A DNA stretch of 54,734 nucleotides, filler included, from Sphacelaria rigidula (taxonomy: Eukaryota), in NCBI GenBank assembly GCA_964200075.2. It is 5 parts of 5 records of this genome, joined end to end, with 100 filler letters (N's around TTAATTAATTAA, not from the genome) between each part and the next. Parts side by side here need not be neighbours in the genome. Positions count along the whole stretch, not along the records: positions 10,969 to 21,836 come from CAXNAA020005766.1; positions 21,937 to 32,803 come from CAXNAA020005767.1; 3 more parts are not named here. The stretch is one strand, 5' to 3'. The position numbers and the translations under genes are program-made. The notes under the pieces are model-generated. The model worked only from the letters and a program-made list of their open reading frames with translations. It ran no database searches and was not told the origin of the DNA. Position 1 is the stretch's first letter. The number at the start of each line of letters is the position of its first letter. This document shows positions 11,292 through 25,406 of the stretch, piece by piece.

Positions 11292-13804
11292 GTGAGACTG
11301 GCGAAGACCAATACAACATACAGTACACGATACTGACAAGGATGGATGATGCACGTACATATACCACCGCAAAATGAATTTTGTACGTGCGGGTAGTATT
11401 TCTTTGAAATAAAATATTGTAACATCCATGTATTGCAGTAAAGCGTATTCGGTCACGGTGTCTACGAAGGGAATTCTCTTATCTAGTATTTTTATTGTCA
11501 TCAAATCAAATTGATTGTTAGCGTAAATGTCTCGCCGCTTGATTCTGGAATCAAGTAAGTCGTGTCGGTTTTGGGTCCATACGTTATCCAAATCATCGAA
11601 TGATCCTTTTCAGAACAATATTGGACACCAGACGCTCGGGCTGAAGAAGAGAAAACTGTAACTCTTCTCTATCGTCTCGCAGAAGCAGGCAGAGGGATGA
11701 TCGGTGTCAAACGGTCAAGTTCTGTGTCTGCCCGCAGAACCTGAAACCCCGTAGGCTACCGATCGATACGACGTACTGCACCCATACATGGCAGTTTCGC
11801 GCGCTGATACAAAACCCCCCCTACATTCACAACATTGTGACGAAAAATCGTAGTGCGCTGCTGCCGAACGCTATGTAATCTTTATGTCGGGTGTTGCTCC
11901 CGGGTTGGTTTTAGGAATGGGGTGTCAAAATGACATGCTTCATGTACGAACAGCAGAGCAACACCAGAGCATCGGGGTCATCACAGCAAAATAGCGGACT
12001 GCAACCCGGCTCATGCGCTCACATATACTAGACTGGCGTCCAGACTAGATGACACACACAAACACACACACACCTGGTCCGAATTTCGGAAATGACCAGC
12101 CAACACACGATACGCTGCAAGGTTATGCTCGACTAAACGACCTGGAAATGATCCCGCAATCACCTAATCCGTTCACTTAGCACGCAGACAGTCGCTGGAG
12201 CCACGCTGTGTACTCCGCACCTGCATAACAAAACAGTCGATACGGTGAGCCAAGCTAAAACACAACAAGGGTCACTGCGCAGTACCGAGTATTATAGTAT
12301 CACATGTACAGACAGCAGATCAGTAACGTTCTGCATCACTGGACCTCGAAATCCGCTCAACGGACCGGGCTGTTGGGCAGTGCCTGCCCTGCAACCGCTG
12401 GTATGTCACTGCTCCTGATTGGTGTTCATCCCACCGCTGACCTGCCACAGCTGGCCGTTGGATAGTGAGTGATGTTCATGTCACCTCTGGAGTGCGCCAC
12501 TGCTTACCATTGAGCAGTGAGTGATGTTCATGCCACTTTTGCGACTGCGACAAGACCTCCCCCCCCCCAACAATGGTCGAACGACTAAGGCAAGCAACAA
12601 AGGAGTACGCCCCCAACCCCGTTCCCCCGTTCCCCCCAACCCCCCGAAAAGCTAACACTTATTTTTCAGCACACGCCCCGCACGCTCATGGACAGTCTAG
12701 GCGATACAAAGTAGCTGTATTCCTCATTGTGGTCATGACAATTCAACCATAGTTACATAGGCACAAACGATGTGATTCCCACTCTGCTCGTGGTTCATGC
12801 CGCCTGCCTGACCCCTCATGTGTTGTTAGCATAGCTTCACACTCTCTGTAGTGTTGTGGAGCACTAAGCAGAGACATCAGCTGCGACTGTGTCCAGTGGA
12901 GAGCGATTGCGCGGTCACTGTTTCTTGCCGTTGTATCCAGCGAAGACATACAGCACACACACTGACTGCATGCAATTGACTTCTTCAAGGTCGAAACCGG
13001 TCACGAGGTTTTCGGTACTCTTTCCTATGCAGATGCCCCACATCCACATGTTGATAAAGAGGCGTTTTGTATATAGCGAGAAAAGAGGTGTTTTGATCCC
13101 CAAATGTGGCATAGTCCATCTGAATCCATATGAGAGGGGTTCGCAGTCTAAGGGCTAATGCATGATTTCTCCCCGTATAGTCTGAAATCAAGCATATCCA
13201 AGGAAACGAAGAAAAGCGGTCCATGGTCGGTAAAACGTCGTCGAACAGCTCGGACATTTTTCGAAGGCTAACCCCCCCCCCCCCTCCCCCCCGCGCCGTT
13301 AGCACCCCTAGCGGCTAGGTTTACTTTTTTATTTCGTAGTGGTGACGATTAGCCGTTGGGTTGCAAATCCTTATCTGTTTATACTGATGAATTAGTATGG
13401 TGAATGTCACGGCCATTTTTTGTTTCTCGCCGTTTTGGCAACCTTCACGCATGATAGACCCGTGACGTTGAAATTTGTTGAAGGAGTCGATCAAGACACA
13501 CGAACGGACAAAAAACGAAAAGTTCGGTGGGCTTTGCGACGTCCTTATATTGGCTTGTGTTCCTTTCCCGCTCTGTCACGATGACCTTGGATGCCGGCCA
13601 CGCTCATTCGCATCACACGAGCGCACGGTAGCGACTGCCAGTAGCCAAAGTAGCAACTATATCTCACGCGTTGCCGAACTTGCCCGGGCTGCTGGTAGAT
13701 ACTCCAGGTACTCGACACGGAACCGGTGTCCTGCAAGCAGTATTTCAAGACACTCTATACCCTTGACACTAGAAATGAACAGTGCCATCGGCAAGGCAGG
13801 ATCG

Positions 13805-14233
13805 AACAGCGGATTATCAAAAATGGGGTTGAACAAAAAATGAGGTTAAACTTGAAAGCAGTGCTTTTCCTGACCTAAAGTCATGACAAATGACTTCCAT
13901 ATGGACGACCTTATCCCTCCCAACCTCCCGAAAACTATTTCGGGGGATTATAGCTTTCCATTTCCCCGAAGGGTATGTGCTAAAGTTCATTTCCGCCTCG
14001 ACTCTGGGGTAAAAAATGGGATGTTTTCTGGTCCAACAATTGTGCTTTCGCACATACATACCCTCCGGGTGAACGAAAGGCTGGAAATACTCCGAATTTG
14101 TTTTTTTAGGGAGGTTGAGATGGATTCGGTCGTCCATATGAAAGTCATTTGTCATGACTATAGTTCAGGGCAAGCACTGCTTTTGAGTTGAACACCATTT
14201 TTCGTTCAATCCTATTTTTGGGAATCCGCTGTT
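13805..14233. repeat. Foldback element: ~180-bp imperfect inverted arms around a ~60-bp spacer
   Basis: 13805-13985 is the approximate reverse complement of 14045-14233. Mirror ORFs MTNDFHMDD.. appear on both strands. Confidence 0.85.
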
Positions 14234-17200
14234 ATCGGTCGTATTTCCAGCTTGAGCCATGTTTTCGTGAGAATGAGAGTAATTGCAGGATACAACTGAG
14301 AGTGAGAATGAATAGTTTCAGTTCCGAAATGCCCCTATACGAGGCTCGGTATGCTTTCTGCGGTAGCTTGCCTCTGAAGCCCTAGATATCCCTGGGTAAG
14401 ATTTCGACGTGTAGCTGTAAGCACACGTCAGTGCGAGAGGCAAAGAAAAGCACACGCGGGATGAAAAAATGGTCGAGTTTCAAAGCGAATGATGAAAACC
14501 ACTCTCTATCAACGCTCTACTCTCAATCTCACGAAAGCATTATTCTTTATTGTTGTCAAGTGAGGGAGAACACCCCGGTGCGGAATTGCCGCGGTGGCGG
14601 GTGCAGCACCTGCACCACGACCGACCGCGCCACTCATGGTGTGGAGTTGCGTGTAACCCCGAGCGTATTGCTTTACTGCTGTGTTGTGTGGCGTGCGGTT
14701 TGTTGTGAGGTGCTAATGCCATGTGTGGACAATGCTGAGTGAATCTGCTGTAGCCGTGTATCGTCGACTTGAATTGGTCTATCATTTGCTCCCGCATGCC
14801 GCAGGCAAAAAGACGGCGTTCCACGACGGAAACGCCTAATTTATTTTCGTAAATACAACTTTATCAATCCTTCTTTGATATTGGTGTCCAACCCCATTTT
14901 GGACAAAATACGTCTCGGTCAGACTGAAAATTGGTCGACTTTGGGGCGATCAATTTTCAAGATTGATGTTTATCTATCGGCGTGTCTTCGCGAACGTGCG
15001 GTGGAAAAAACGAAAAAAAATCTGATGGGTTGTCACCTCAACATGAGTGGTTCAAGGCACGCCCTGACGAGATATTACTGTACGTCCGGTGTACACATGA
15101 TCATGCGTACCAAAGTCATAAGACCATTGACCTCGCATCCCTACAAACCCAGGACGGAGCACGCCGGGTTTTCGCCGGACCAGGCTTGTGGGTACGTCCG
15201 GTGGGGGACTCGATGAGAGACGAGGCGCCATTCTACTCTGTTTGGTCCTTGCTTCTTCCGGATAGGTTCTCAATGAATATAGCGTTGTCGAGTTGGCGCC
15301 AACACGGTCAGGCCTCCTTCTTTCGTAGTGGCTACGGTTAGCCGTGGGGTTGGAAGTCCCTACCCGCTTCTACTGGTGAAATTATGGTGAAGAATGTCGG
15401 GGCCATTTTTCGTTTTTCGTCATTTTGTTCAAAACCACGCATACGTGCGAGACCTGTGCCGTTGATACCTGCAGCACTGCTGCCACGCGCGTCAGCCGTG
15501 GCTTACCACTAGCCATTATTATTACTAATGTTATTATATAAAATGTTTTATCAGGGTAAATGTCTCCGTTCGATACATGGATCAGTACATTTACGTCCGG
15601 TTTTTCCATACTTTATCCGAATAAAAAATGATCCTTTTCGGAACAATATGTTACAGTATGCCTTCGGACTACTGCTCCAGAGACTACCGGTGCCATTTTC
15701 CAATCCACCCTCGCCTTTTTTCACGTGTCTTCATTTCAAGGCCTAGCATCACGCTCGCGTGCTTGGCGAATACAAAACAGCACAGGGAAAAATGGCAGTC
15801 TTGAATACCCGTTAGATGGGTTCAGCGGTGGTCACAGCTTTGGGGGTGGTTGAGTGGGGGCTATCGCGGCATCACTCTTGCGTGCTTGGCGGGAACACAA
15901 AAGCTGTGCCATTTCAAATTCGAAATGCGAAACAGTATCTCACCCACACTTTGAAAGGACGCCATGACCGCACTGTAGTACTGTCCAGCAATGTCGCGCA
16001 TACCACACTCTTGTGTCCAGCTTCCAAACACACGAAACTTTTTCAACCACACAGAAATGACGGCAAATTGTAACGGGATATTGTTACGTTCCGTTGCCGA
16101 GGAAAAATTTGTCATTCATTTCAAACCCTTTCAGATATCAAAAATTTAAATGCGGAATAATATCCCACCCGCAGGTTGGAGTGATACCACACCCGCGACA
16201 GGCTGCATATCCTCTCTACCGGCTTCCGTCATTGTTTTGTCAACGCATACGGAGAACCCGCCGGCAAAGGACTGATATTTGGTCCCTGCGCACTCGGCGC
16301 CAATCCATACACCGTGATCTGTGTTTCCCGCCAATGTGGGTTGTACTATCTACGTTGTGTTAACGTCTGTTCCGTGCGTTTTAGTTCGGCTATGTGCGGT
16401 AACGCACCACCATACTACACATGTACTGTCTGTCGACCGATGTGCTTCAGCACATTACTATGAAATCAAGACAATCGCGGGCAGGAGGTGTATTCACCAA
16501 CGAATCGGGCTGCACAGAATTGGGGTGGTATCAAGGTGCTGTCGAAACAAAGAAAGGTGGAAACAGTCGTCACGGATGTACAGCTTGTCTGTTGAGCCTT
16601 CTCTGGTACATCAGTTATAGTCGGGTGCTGTGATCGGGGAAGACATGCCAGGCGGGTGCGTGCAGGTTGGGACGAAGAAACTGAGCCAGCGCGGAGCTGC
16701 TGTATCCTCGTTCATTACCGGTAGCAGCTGTCTGTGTCGCAGCGGCGCAATGTGTGGACCAATCAAAGCTGCTTTTTGACTCATCTTTCATTCGTTTCTC
16801 TCATTTTGTTGAAGAAAGGTCGCCGCATTTTGGTGTATCTAAAGACTCTGATTGGTCGAGAAACCTTTCCATTCATAATTCTTGCCCCTATCTCCGGGCC
16901 CAGTGCCAATTTTGTTGCGCAAACACGGCTGGCCCTCATCCTACCACTCCAAACGAATTCCGTCAAATGAAGGCTGCTGTGTGTACATGATAGCAGGGGT
17001 ACTGCTAGTACGCATATATGATCAAGAAAATACAACCTAATGCACGTATCTGTGCGTGTTTTTACGGATAGTTCAAGCACTCACATGATCATAGTGTACT
17101 GGGAACAATGCTGTGCGGAGGTGTTGGTAGACCACAAACGTGTACGATATGTTTACCGGCGGTCTTGGTGCGACGTTGATGCTGTTGTTTTTGCCGCTAG

Positions 17201-17389
17201 GTCGTGATGACCCGTGTCCGCATGTGTGTGAGCTGGTGCTTCAGCACAAACATGCTCATGCCCGCTCTTACATGCTGTTGAGCCATGCAATGTTCCTCTG
17301 AGCACCGCTGTAAATCAAGACATTTGCGGACAAATATCCCTGTACGTTGTATGTGCCGCACTGTTTGTACCATGATGATATAATAGTGT

Positions 17390-19819
17390 TCTGTATCCGT
17401 GGCTTGAACCAACCATTGATGATGCGACAACCGCCCGTTTGTGGCGGAAGAGCCTAGCTTGACCCTGACATCAGCCCCGAGATCGCAAAATCACAACCAG
17501 TGTTATTCCTTTTCAACGTTATGGAGGCGGTGTTTTTGCAGGTTAGACGCCGAGAAAATCCGCACCTCGCTTGTAGTGACGCCGAAACTCGGAGGATATG
17601 TTGATTGGTGCTACAGTAAGGTGTCGTAGCCGCAGCCGTGCTGCACAAGGCGGTGTGGGCCCGATATGCATTGAAACGGTGGATACCATTCTATTCAGAT
17701 TCTTTGTTTTTTCACCACCTCCTGTCTAATGACGAATGCGGTATGTACAACTTCGGTCAGGCTCGCAGATCGCACAGATCCTTCAGACGTCATCGTCAAT
17801 CTTCGCCCAGTTATGGGTGAACGCTCGCAGAAAACCAGAAATTAAACAGCATCTAGGCCCCACCATATATATGAGGGTCTAGGCTGAACGTATGGCGGTC
17901 CGGAAACCTCGACACGTAAAGGGTCACCCTATCTCACGCGACGGCTGCGTTCTGCCATGGACCCTGCCCCACGTACCCGACAAGTGGGTAACATCCCCGT
18001 GCAGACAGTAGCAATGCTAGTGGATAGAAAACTTGAACAGTCTGAAAGCCGGCAAGGTAGTTGCGGTAATGTTCTTCTAGCAATATCAACTTACAGTGCA
18101 CTGTTGCAGTGTTCACAGGTGAATATTTTGGCGATTGCCCCACCTGCAGTTTGCCCAGATGTAGTGGATTTTTCCACCATCTCACCGCACCAGATTATAC
18201 CTGAAAATGTATAAGATCCTGCATCTTATGTTGAAATGTCCCGGACCCTGGACAAAGCTTCTACAGTCAGTGAGTACGAACACGGTGTTGAAAGTGTACT
18301 GCGCACAGTATACAATATATTGCCGACTATAATTTGTGTAATACTCATACCTCAAGCCCGTAACTGCCACGCTACACTTCGAGACAACAGTGTGTAAAAA
18401 TCTCCAGGATATGAAATGCTACACGCGGCTTTCGCGCAACAGCGGTTGTGTTACCATACAGCTTCGCCCAAGATACAGGCAGCCATGACGGCAGCAGAGG
18501 TGGCATTTCACTCCTGCGTGCGCAACCTGGGCCAAACGCACGCTGTAGCTGCAACACGGAGAGCTTTACGAAATGTTTCTTGGCCATCTAGGGCGCAGCC
18601 AAGAGTGATATCCCGCAACACGTTGACCGCAGATACAAGCGGTTGCGTGCATAATGTGGCGAACTGCATAGGACAGCGCGAGATCAATGCAGCACAGGGA
18701 TGGGCTAAGGACGTGACGTTCTGTGCTGTGCTTCGTCACCCTGCACCCTACCGCTGTGCAGTGAACAGGTAGTACCGCCGAAGGCGTAATGCCGCAGTTG
18801 GTACGCAGTGTCGAACACATACCAGCAAGCAGCATATTTTATGTACAACAGACAATAATGTGTGTGTGTTTGAATACCGATGCGCACAGAGTGGGACCCG
18901 CATCTAGAGAACCCTGCACCAACTTGCCCTGTTCTGGTGGATAGGTGAATCTTTTCAGCAAAAACTGCTTTGCGACATGTGCTGTAACGAATCTCATGCG
19001 TCATGCAGCTTTCTCCTATGTGCGGCATCGGCCGTGAGGCGAGCTATTGGAGCTAACAGTGCCAAACCCTCTTCCCACGATGACCTCCTGTCTGAGCTCA
19101 AGATAATTGAAACTGCGGAACATGACTTGAGCTGATAGAACGTACACCTCACCGTGAAATACCGCCTTCATATTACTGAAAAAGAATAACACTGCAACAG
19201 TGTTTCACAACCCACTGGACCACAAAAGACCGACGCGCTGCAAGTTATGAGTCCACTTTTTGTGTTGATGCCTAGCCCTAACCCCAACCTAAAGCATACC
19301 GAGAATCCTCGGGCAAGGGCGGTACATACCATATGTATTCTCTTGGCAAAGTGAGGCCTTGGTGGACCCCAAGTCGGCGCCCATGGCGTCGGTTTCGAGG
19401 GAAAACGCGTTTTGCGCATGCGAGGAGCACATGGGACTGTCAGCCCTACTAAAGACCCTATTCTCGGTGTTCACACTCATATCAAGTAATATCAACCATG
19501 AACATTTGTAGCTCAACGGTCAACCCTTAGATGACGAGAAGAGGTCATCTGTTGAATCGGCATCAACTTCACTTGGAAAAAGTATGCATGATTCAGATGA
19601 ACTACCCTCGCGGTCTCAGGGTTAACACACCCATCACGTCTGTCGACCCAATAAGTGCACTCACAACTTACAGCGCGCCAGTCTTTTGTGATTCGGTGGG
19701 TTGTGGAACACTGTTGTACTTTTGCGATCTCGGGGCTGGTGTCAGGGTCAAGTTAGGCTCTTCCGCCACCAACGGGCGGTTGTCGCATCATCGATGGTTG
19801 GCTCAAGCACCGGGTACAG
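17390..19819. repeat. Overlapping inverted repeat pairs: 17390-17504/19707-19819 and 19193-19258/19653-19718
   Basis: GATGCGACAACCGCCCGTT.GTGGCGGAAGAGCCTA.CTTGACCCTGACA.CAGCCCCGAGATCGCAAAA recurs in reverse orientation. A second ~65-bp inverted pair shares the 19707-19718 junction. Confidence 0.75.
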
Positions 19820-21534
19820 TACTGGTCGTCCGCTATTAGACAGCCCTGATAAAACACGCAAAAACACGCACCACCCACGCGCATCGTTCAAGTGATACCT
19901 CATTACCCACACACGACAGCCTAAGTTTGACGGAAACCCATCCAGTATTCGATGAAAGGCGCAAATTCAAAAACTTGAAACCCAGACGTGCGTGCGCAGA
20001 TATGGGCTTTGATCTCAACATAAATACTTGTCGATGGAACCCATCACTGGTCGTTGTGGTGGCGTCACTTCTCCGCAAGTGATTTTTTCAAAACGGATGG
20101 GGGCACTTTTGATACTACCCTTGTCTTCACTTCCACCGCACGTAAGGCTTGAGCTTGGGCGAGGCCAGCGCGCCAGTCTGTCTGTTTTTCTGCACGGTTA
20201 GTGATCTCCAGCGGCTTTTTTTCGGTAGGCATGATCGAACGCGATTGTCGGTAATCATGATCAAACGCGATTGAACGCGATGGGTGACTTGGGAAGATTT
20301 ATGGGTGTTTCGGACTGCTGTTCTTGAGCCTGCCTGTACCAGGGCGACGTACACGGTATATCTTTCAATTTTCTACAAAATAATCTTTTCTTCTTCGCAC
20401 GTTCACATATTCACATATTTGTGGCCTATGGATACTCGAGCGCGTATGGGGCATGGCCGACCTACCACTTGTCGATGGGTTAGTGGTGAAATCGCTAGAG
20501 CGTAGTGTGTCTACTGCCGTGAGCCCTGGTATGAACTATAGTCCCGTGGTTTTCATGCTTTATGTCTGCAGGTGGTGTACGGGGTTAAAAACACGTCGTC
20601 TAATCTTTTCTCGTCGGTGTACATGTGTATCTAATTGTCTCTCTTCGCACTACCCAATTAAACCTTGTGGCGACGTGCCCAAACGCCGGTAGCGTCTGTA
20701 TGCCGCTCACGATCGAGCAAACGGACACACTCTTCGTTGCAGACCTTGTGTGTCGCGACAGTCTCTCTGCATTGCTGTCTTGCGTCGGGGAGTAGGGTCT
20801 CCGGTCGAGTGAACACGTCTCCGGTCGGGAAGTGATGCCACCATAACGACCAGTGGTGAGTCTCATCAACAAGAAGTTTTGCTTAGATCGGGGCACAGAT
20901 CTGCGCGCAGGTAAAAAATTGCGCCAGTTCGGAAGCAGCGTTCGCCCGGAAACTCTGTAGTGATGCGGACAAGACTAACGAGGTAGCATAGCGCCGATAC
21001 ATCGCGCCACGAAAACCGACACATAGATGCCCACATCCCACGCGCATTTTTCAAGCGCTAGCTCGTCTTCTACACAAGACAGCCTTTGTTTGAAGGAACG
21101 CCGTCCATTATTTCATTAAAGGCGGTGGCGTGCGTTTCAAATAGCAACCGAAAACGTAGAGTTGCTGACTATTTCGGTATACAACTCTAGCACTCTCTCA
21201 TGTGTTTACCTTCCACACCGTAGCCTGAGCTACTGGCAATAACGATGCTGCTGATACTGCCGCTGTTGCTTCTTCTTCTCGTGCGGAAGGCGGTCCGTGT
21301 TTTGACTTGCGACAATACCCATACTTCCCTTGCGCGTGATTGCCGCCCTCCTTGAAGTCGCTCGTCTGCTCGCGTGCTGTTTTACCGGTTCTGTATCACT
21401 TGTTTCCCACCCTAGCATACTCGATTAGAACGGTGCGTAGTTTCTCGTAATAATGAAGTTGTGAACCGTCACTTCACTGTCACTATCACGAAATGATTCT
21501 CATTCTCCTTGTTTCGTCAAAACACGACCCCATT

Positions 21535-21836
21535 CGAGCTGGGCCAGCCAAGAGTAGGTGCGAACCTCGCTCAGGCGACGCACGGCGAGATATTAGGAGT
21601 TGGACGCTGAAATTTTGACAGGAGCTTTTAATGATCGAAATGGAGTAGATCACATGAGCAGCAAAGACAACAATAAAAAATAAGGAAGTTATGGGGATTC
21701 AAAATTTTAGAAAAAACTAGATAATGCCATAAGTCCAGGAAAAAAGGAGAATCTGCAGCTGGACTCGTGAAGTATCAGTTCCTTGGGTGCAGAAGGTCTT
21801 CCTGAAATCTCAGCTCAAGACTTGACGAATTGGGCC
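21535..21836 (-). mobile_element. Right end of a CGAGCTGGGCCAGCC-family transposon, truncated by the contig end
   Basis: TIR followed by CTCAGGC...ATATTAGGAGTTGGA...GAAATTTTG, similar to the reverse complement of 38050-38135. Confidence 0.65.
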
Positions 21837-21936
21837 NNNNNNNNNNNNNNNNNNNNNNNNNNNNNNNNNNNNNNNNNNNNTTAATTAATTAANNNNNNNN
21901 NNNNNNNNNNNNNNNNNNNNNNNNNNNNNNNNNNNN
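21837..21936. other. Artificial contig linker
   Basis: N44-TTAATTAATTAA-N44. Confidence 0.98.
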
Positions 21937-22489
21937 CCCCTGCCAAACAAAGAACTACACATTGTGCGAATTGAGGTTTAACTCCGAGATGAGGTGCAAG
22001 CCTAAAACAGTGCTTTCGCCACACTTTCAGCGATGGTGCTCAATGACGTTTTTGTCGGCCGAATGCCCCTCGATCACGTAGTAGATACTTTTTCAGCGCA
22101 ATTCATCGACTCTGTGAGCTTGCAGCGCTGACCGAAACCGTCATTTCCCCCCTTCTTTGAGGGGGGTAATATCCGGGAGAGTGACGGTTTCGGTCAGCGC
22201 TGTAAGCTCACAGAGTCGGCGAATTGCGCTGAAGAAGTATCTACGCGGTCGAGGGGCATTCGGCCGTGTTCTTCGCCGCAGAGATCCAATCGTGAACATC
22301 GCTGACCTCTATACCGTAGACAAACCACTTATGTCGCGCTCTTTTGAGTGGAAGAGCTCCTATTGCACGTAGGTTCTCCTGGGGGTTGCTCCCCGAATAT
22401 TTTGGGGAGCAGCCAACCGCCTTGGGTCCGAATGCGGCTAACCATCCGGGCATGATGCGTTTGGGAAGGCGTCTCTCGTCCTGCCGGAC

Positions 22490-23890
22490 ATCTTTGATGC
22501 TTGCGGATGGTCGTCTCGATACGTTCGCAGTTGTTCATCTCGAGCACAGGTCTGTACGAACGAGTCCTGTAGCCGTTTGATCTTTTCTGCGGAATCCAGT
22601 CAGTCATAGAAAAAGCTTGTGATGAGCAAGCAGTATACAGGCTGCCGAAGTCCTCGGAACGTGGGTCCACATGGCACATTTGTACAAGAGAGGTTCCACC
22701 ATCTCCGCTTTAACCAGTCATTTCCAAGGGTAGCTGGACGTTGGGTCGATCGTAGAGTTGGGAACTATCCTCTCGGAGACGTGCCCACACCACGCTGATG
22801 CGGCGGTTGGTTTCGAAAGACATGTTCACGTCCGCGCTGACAGCACCACCAAGATAAACCCTTGGCCGTCTGCTTATAACGTTGACCAGCCGCCCTGATG
22901 TGCAGAGCGGTCTCTGTGAAGCTGAATACTGAGCATAGGTGCATGATTACTGTCCTCCTCTTCAATACCGTCAATCCGATCTTCTGGCAGGTCACCAGCA
23001 CCACAGCCATCATTCTATCAAGGCCGTCCGGGGTCCACGAGACTATGCCGGCATCTTCCACATACTGTAGAGTATCGCCCACACCGCGCGCCATACCTTC
23101 TCCGGCGGCGTCTCTTCTAGAAGTTCGTCACCGTCACCTTTCGGGGCATCGTTCTAGAGAAACCAAGTCTGAGACGATGGCTGGGTCCACCGCAAACCGC
23201 TGTACGATCACGTCGACCAAGGCTGCGACGAAGATGTTGATCAATAGCAGAGACAAAACGCAACCTTGTCTTGAGTCCCTGGCACACTTGGAACCACGCT
23301 GATAGTCCGCCATCATCCAGCTATAACCGAGCTCGCATGCCGTCATGAAACATGACCGTGATCATTCGCGGCGGGACTTGGAACGGGACAAGCACTTCCC
23401 ACAGGAGCGTGTGGTCTGCGGCATCGTATGGGTTTTTTTCTGCAGGTCGATGAAGCACATGTTGAATGGGACACTGCTCGCACGTCCCAATTCCTGTACT
23501 CGGCGTGCTACGAACATTATGTCTGCGGTCGATCGTTGGCGCCGAAATCCGCACTGCTCTTCCGGAAAGACACCTGCTTCCTCACAGGAATTACCAAGCC
23601 TGTTGGCGACGATTTTGAGGATAACTTTATCAGCATGTATCACGAGTGAAGTACCCCTGCAGTTTCCACACTCGGCCCTATCTGTCTTCTTGTGTAGCAC
23701 TTTGATGGTGACATCTGTCCATTCCTGCAGCACCTTGCCAGATGTCCAGACCGCAGGGGCGATGCTGCGTGGAAGGTATAGAATATTCGAAGCCTCACCG
23801 CTCGGTCTAAGCTTCAGGAGTTCAGCAGGTAGATCATCCGGACCCGTCACCTTGTCGTTCGACATATAGCTCTGAGAACCTCCTTAGCTT
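22490..23890 (-). mobile_element. Decayed non-LTR retrotransposon (RTE-clade LINE) reverse transcriptase region
   Basis: Frameshifted RT motifs in order: KVTGPDDLPAELLK, W...I..LHKK.DR.ECGN.RG.SL, PEEQCGFRRQRST.D..F, CFIDLQK, RQGCVLS.LL.NIF, LQYVEDAG (degenerate YADD), then LLY.C..W and IETTIRK. Confidence 0.9.
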
Positions 23891-24093
23891 CACTTGGGTT
23901 TGGCAGGTCTTCACAGCGCTATTGGTCGTTGCGCAGTGTGCTCGATGACGGCTCGGTCGATGGTTGCCGATAAACGACCGATTCTCAAATTGGTTGAACG
24001 AAAATGTTTGAGTTTCAAATGGCATAATGACTAAATTTCAGAAACGGTGCGAAACAGTTACACCAAGGAAATCATATCCCCCCCCCCCGAACG

Positions 24094-24212
24094 AAGCTGT
24101 AGCAGTTATTACGCAGATATGGCTAGGTGCGCCGAACGAATGCGGTATACACAAAGCTGTAGCACTTATGAGGCATGTGTGGCTAGGTGCACCAAACGAA
24201 TGCGGTGTACAC
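24094..24212 (+). repeat. Tandem duplication, ~60 bp x 2
   Basis: AAGCTGTAGCA.TTAT...TGGCTAGGTGC.CC.AACGAATGCGGT.TACAC occurs twice. Confidence 0.8.
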
Positions 24213-25406
24213 GCGTGTCGACGATATCACCAGAGAGAGGAGCAACGGCGGAGAGGAAGCTCCTCGCCAATGTCCTTTGTGTGTCCTCGTTCGGCGATTC
24301 CCAATCCCTCGAGAGATTTACGTCATGTTACCCATCACACATACCCAAGTTGTCATGAGTCGGCAGGCGGGTTAATGTAGCACAGCCCCGGAAACAGGAT
24401 CGGGATGACCACGGTTGTCGTCTCGTGTCTGCAGCCAGTATATCAACGATATGGTCAGGTCTACCATGTTTGAGCTCGCTGGTGATGAGCTGGGTGAGTT
24501 GCTCACGTCTATCGGTGTCGGATGTCATTGTCCGCCTGCCGATCGGTTTGCACCCAATTGGGCTTCATCTACGTCTGCTGTGTACGAAGCGACCAAGGAG
24601 CCGCTGAGGCGGATACGAGATTGTGGTCAGGGTCGGGCGAGTTGGATGGTTGAAGGTGGGCGGTGACACTACGATCAAACCTACGGTCATCCTGCCCTGT
24701 GAGGATCAAGTCAACGTGTCTCTTGTCCGTGGGACGAGTCGCAATGCCGTTGAACGTACGCGATGTGCTTCCGTTGGGGGTGGGGAGAAAAACGTGTTGT
24801 CCAGGGCGAGCCTTTTGTCACCTGCAAGTTGTAGCAAAGGGGTGCCGTTACACTCATTGGATCAGGAATCCTGGCCGCATGCCCTCACTAATTTACATTC
24901 CTCCACGCCTGTTCGTACCCTAGTCGTAGCGTTAGCATCCATTAATATATCCGTGACCAGACATGAACAATTTTGAATGAGTTTGACGAGAGTGTTGATA
25001 CCATCCGCGAGATCAAAAGGCAACGTGTGTAGCGGGGAAGATGGGTTGATCACGTGAGACTGGTAGCCCGTTGGACCATTAGAGCACGAACTCGTCCCGA
25101 GAAAGGGGGCAAGTAAGTGTAAAGTGTGGCAACAAAACAAAGTATCGGCAACTGTTCACATTTTCTGCTCACTGTTCGTCTGTGTTACTACCGTAGTGTT
25201 TTGAAAAGCGATTATATCCATCCATATATCGCTCGAATGAAAGATTCTTGAGCTCCTCGCACACGTTGTATCATTACTTCATCAATCCCCTCGCTCACGC
25301 GACCGATCTCTGAACCCTGCTTTGTTTCACTACTCCAACAACGTACCCTCGACACGCGGCCATTTGGCTACCTTCAAAATTCGTCCAGGTGGGTAAACGT
25401 GTCGAG

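Noticed and set aside
13817-14191. Twin ORFs MTNDFHMDD on opposite strands
   Set aside because: By-product of the inverted repeat.
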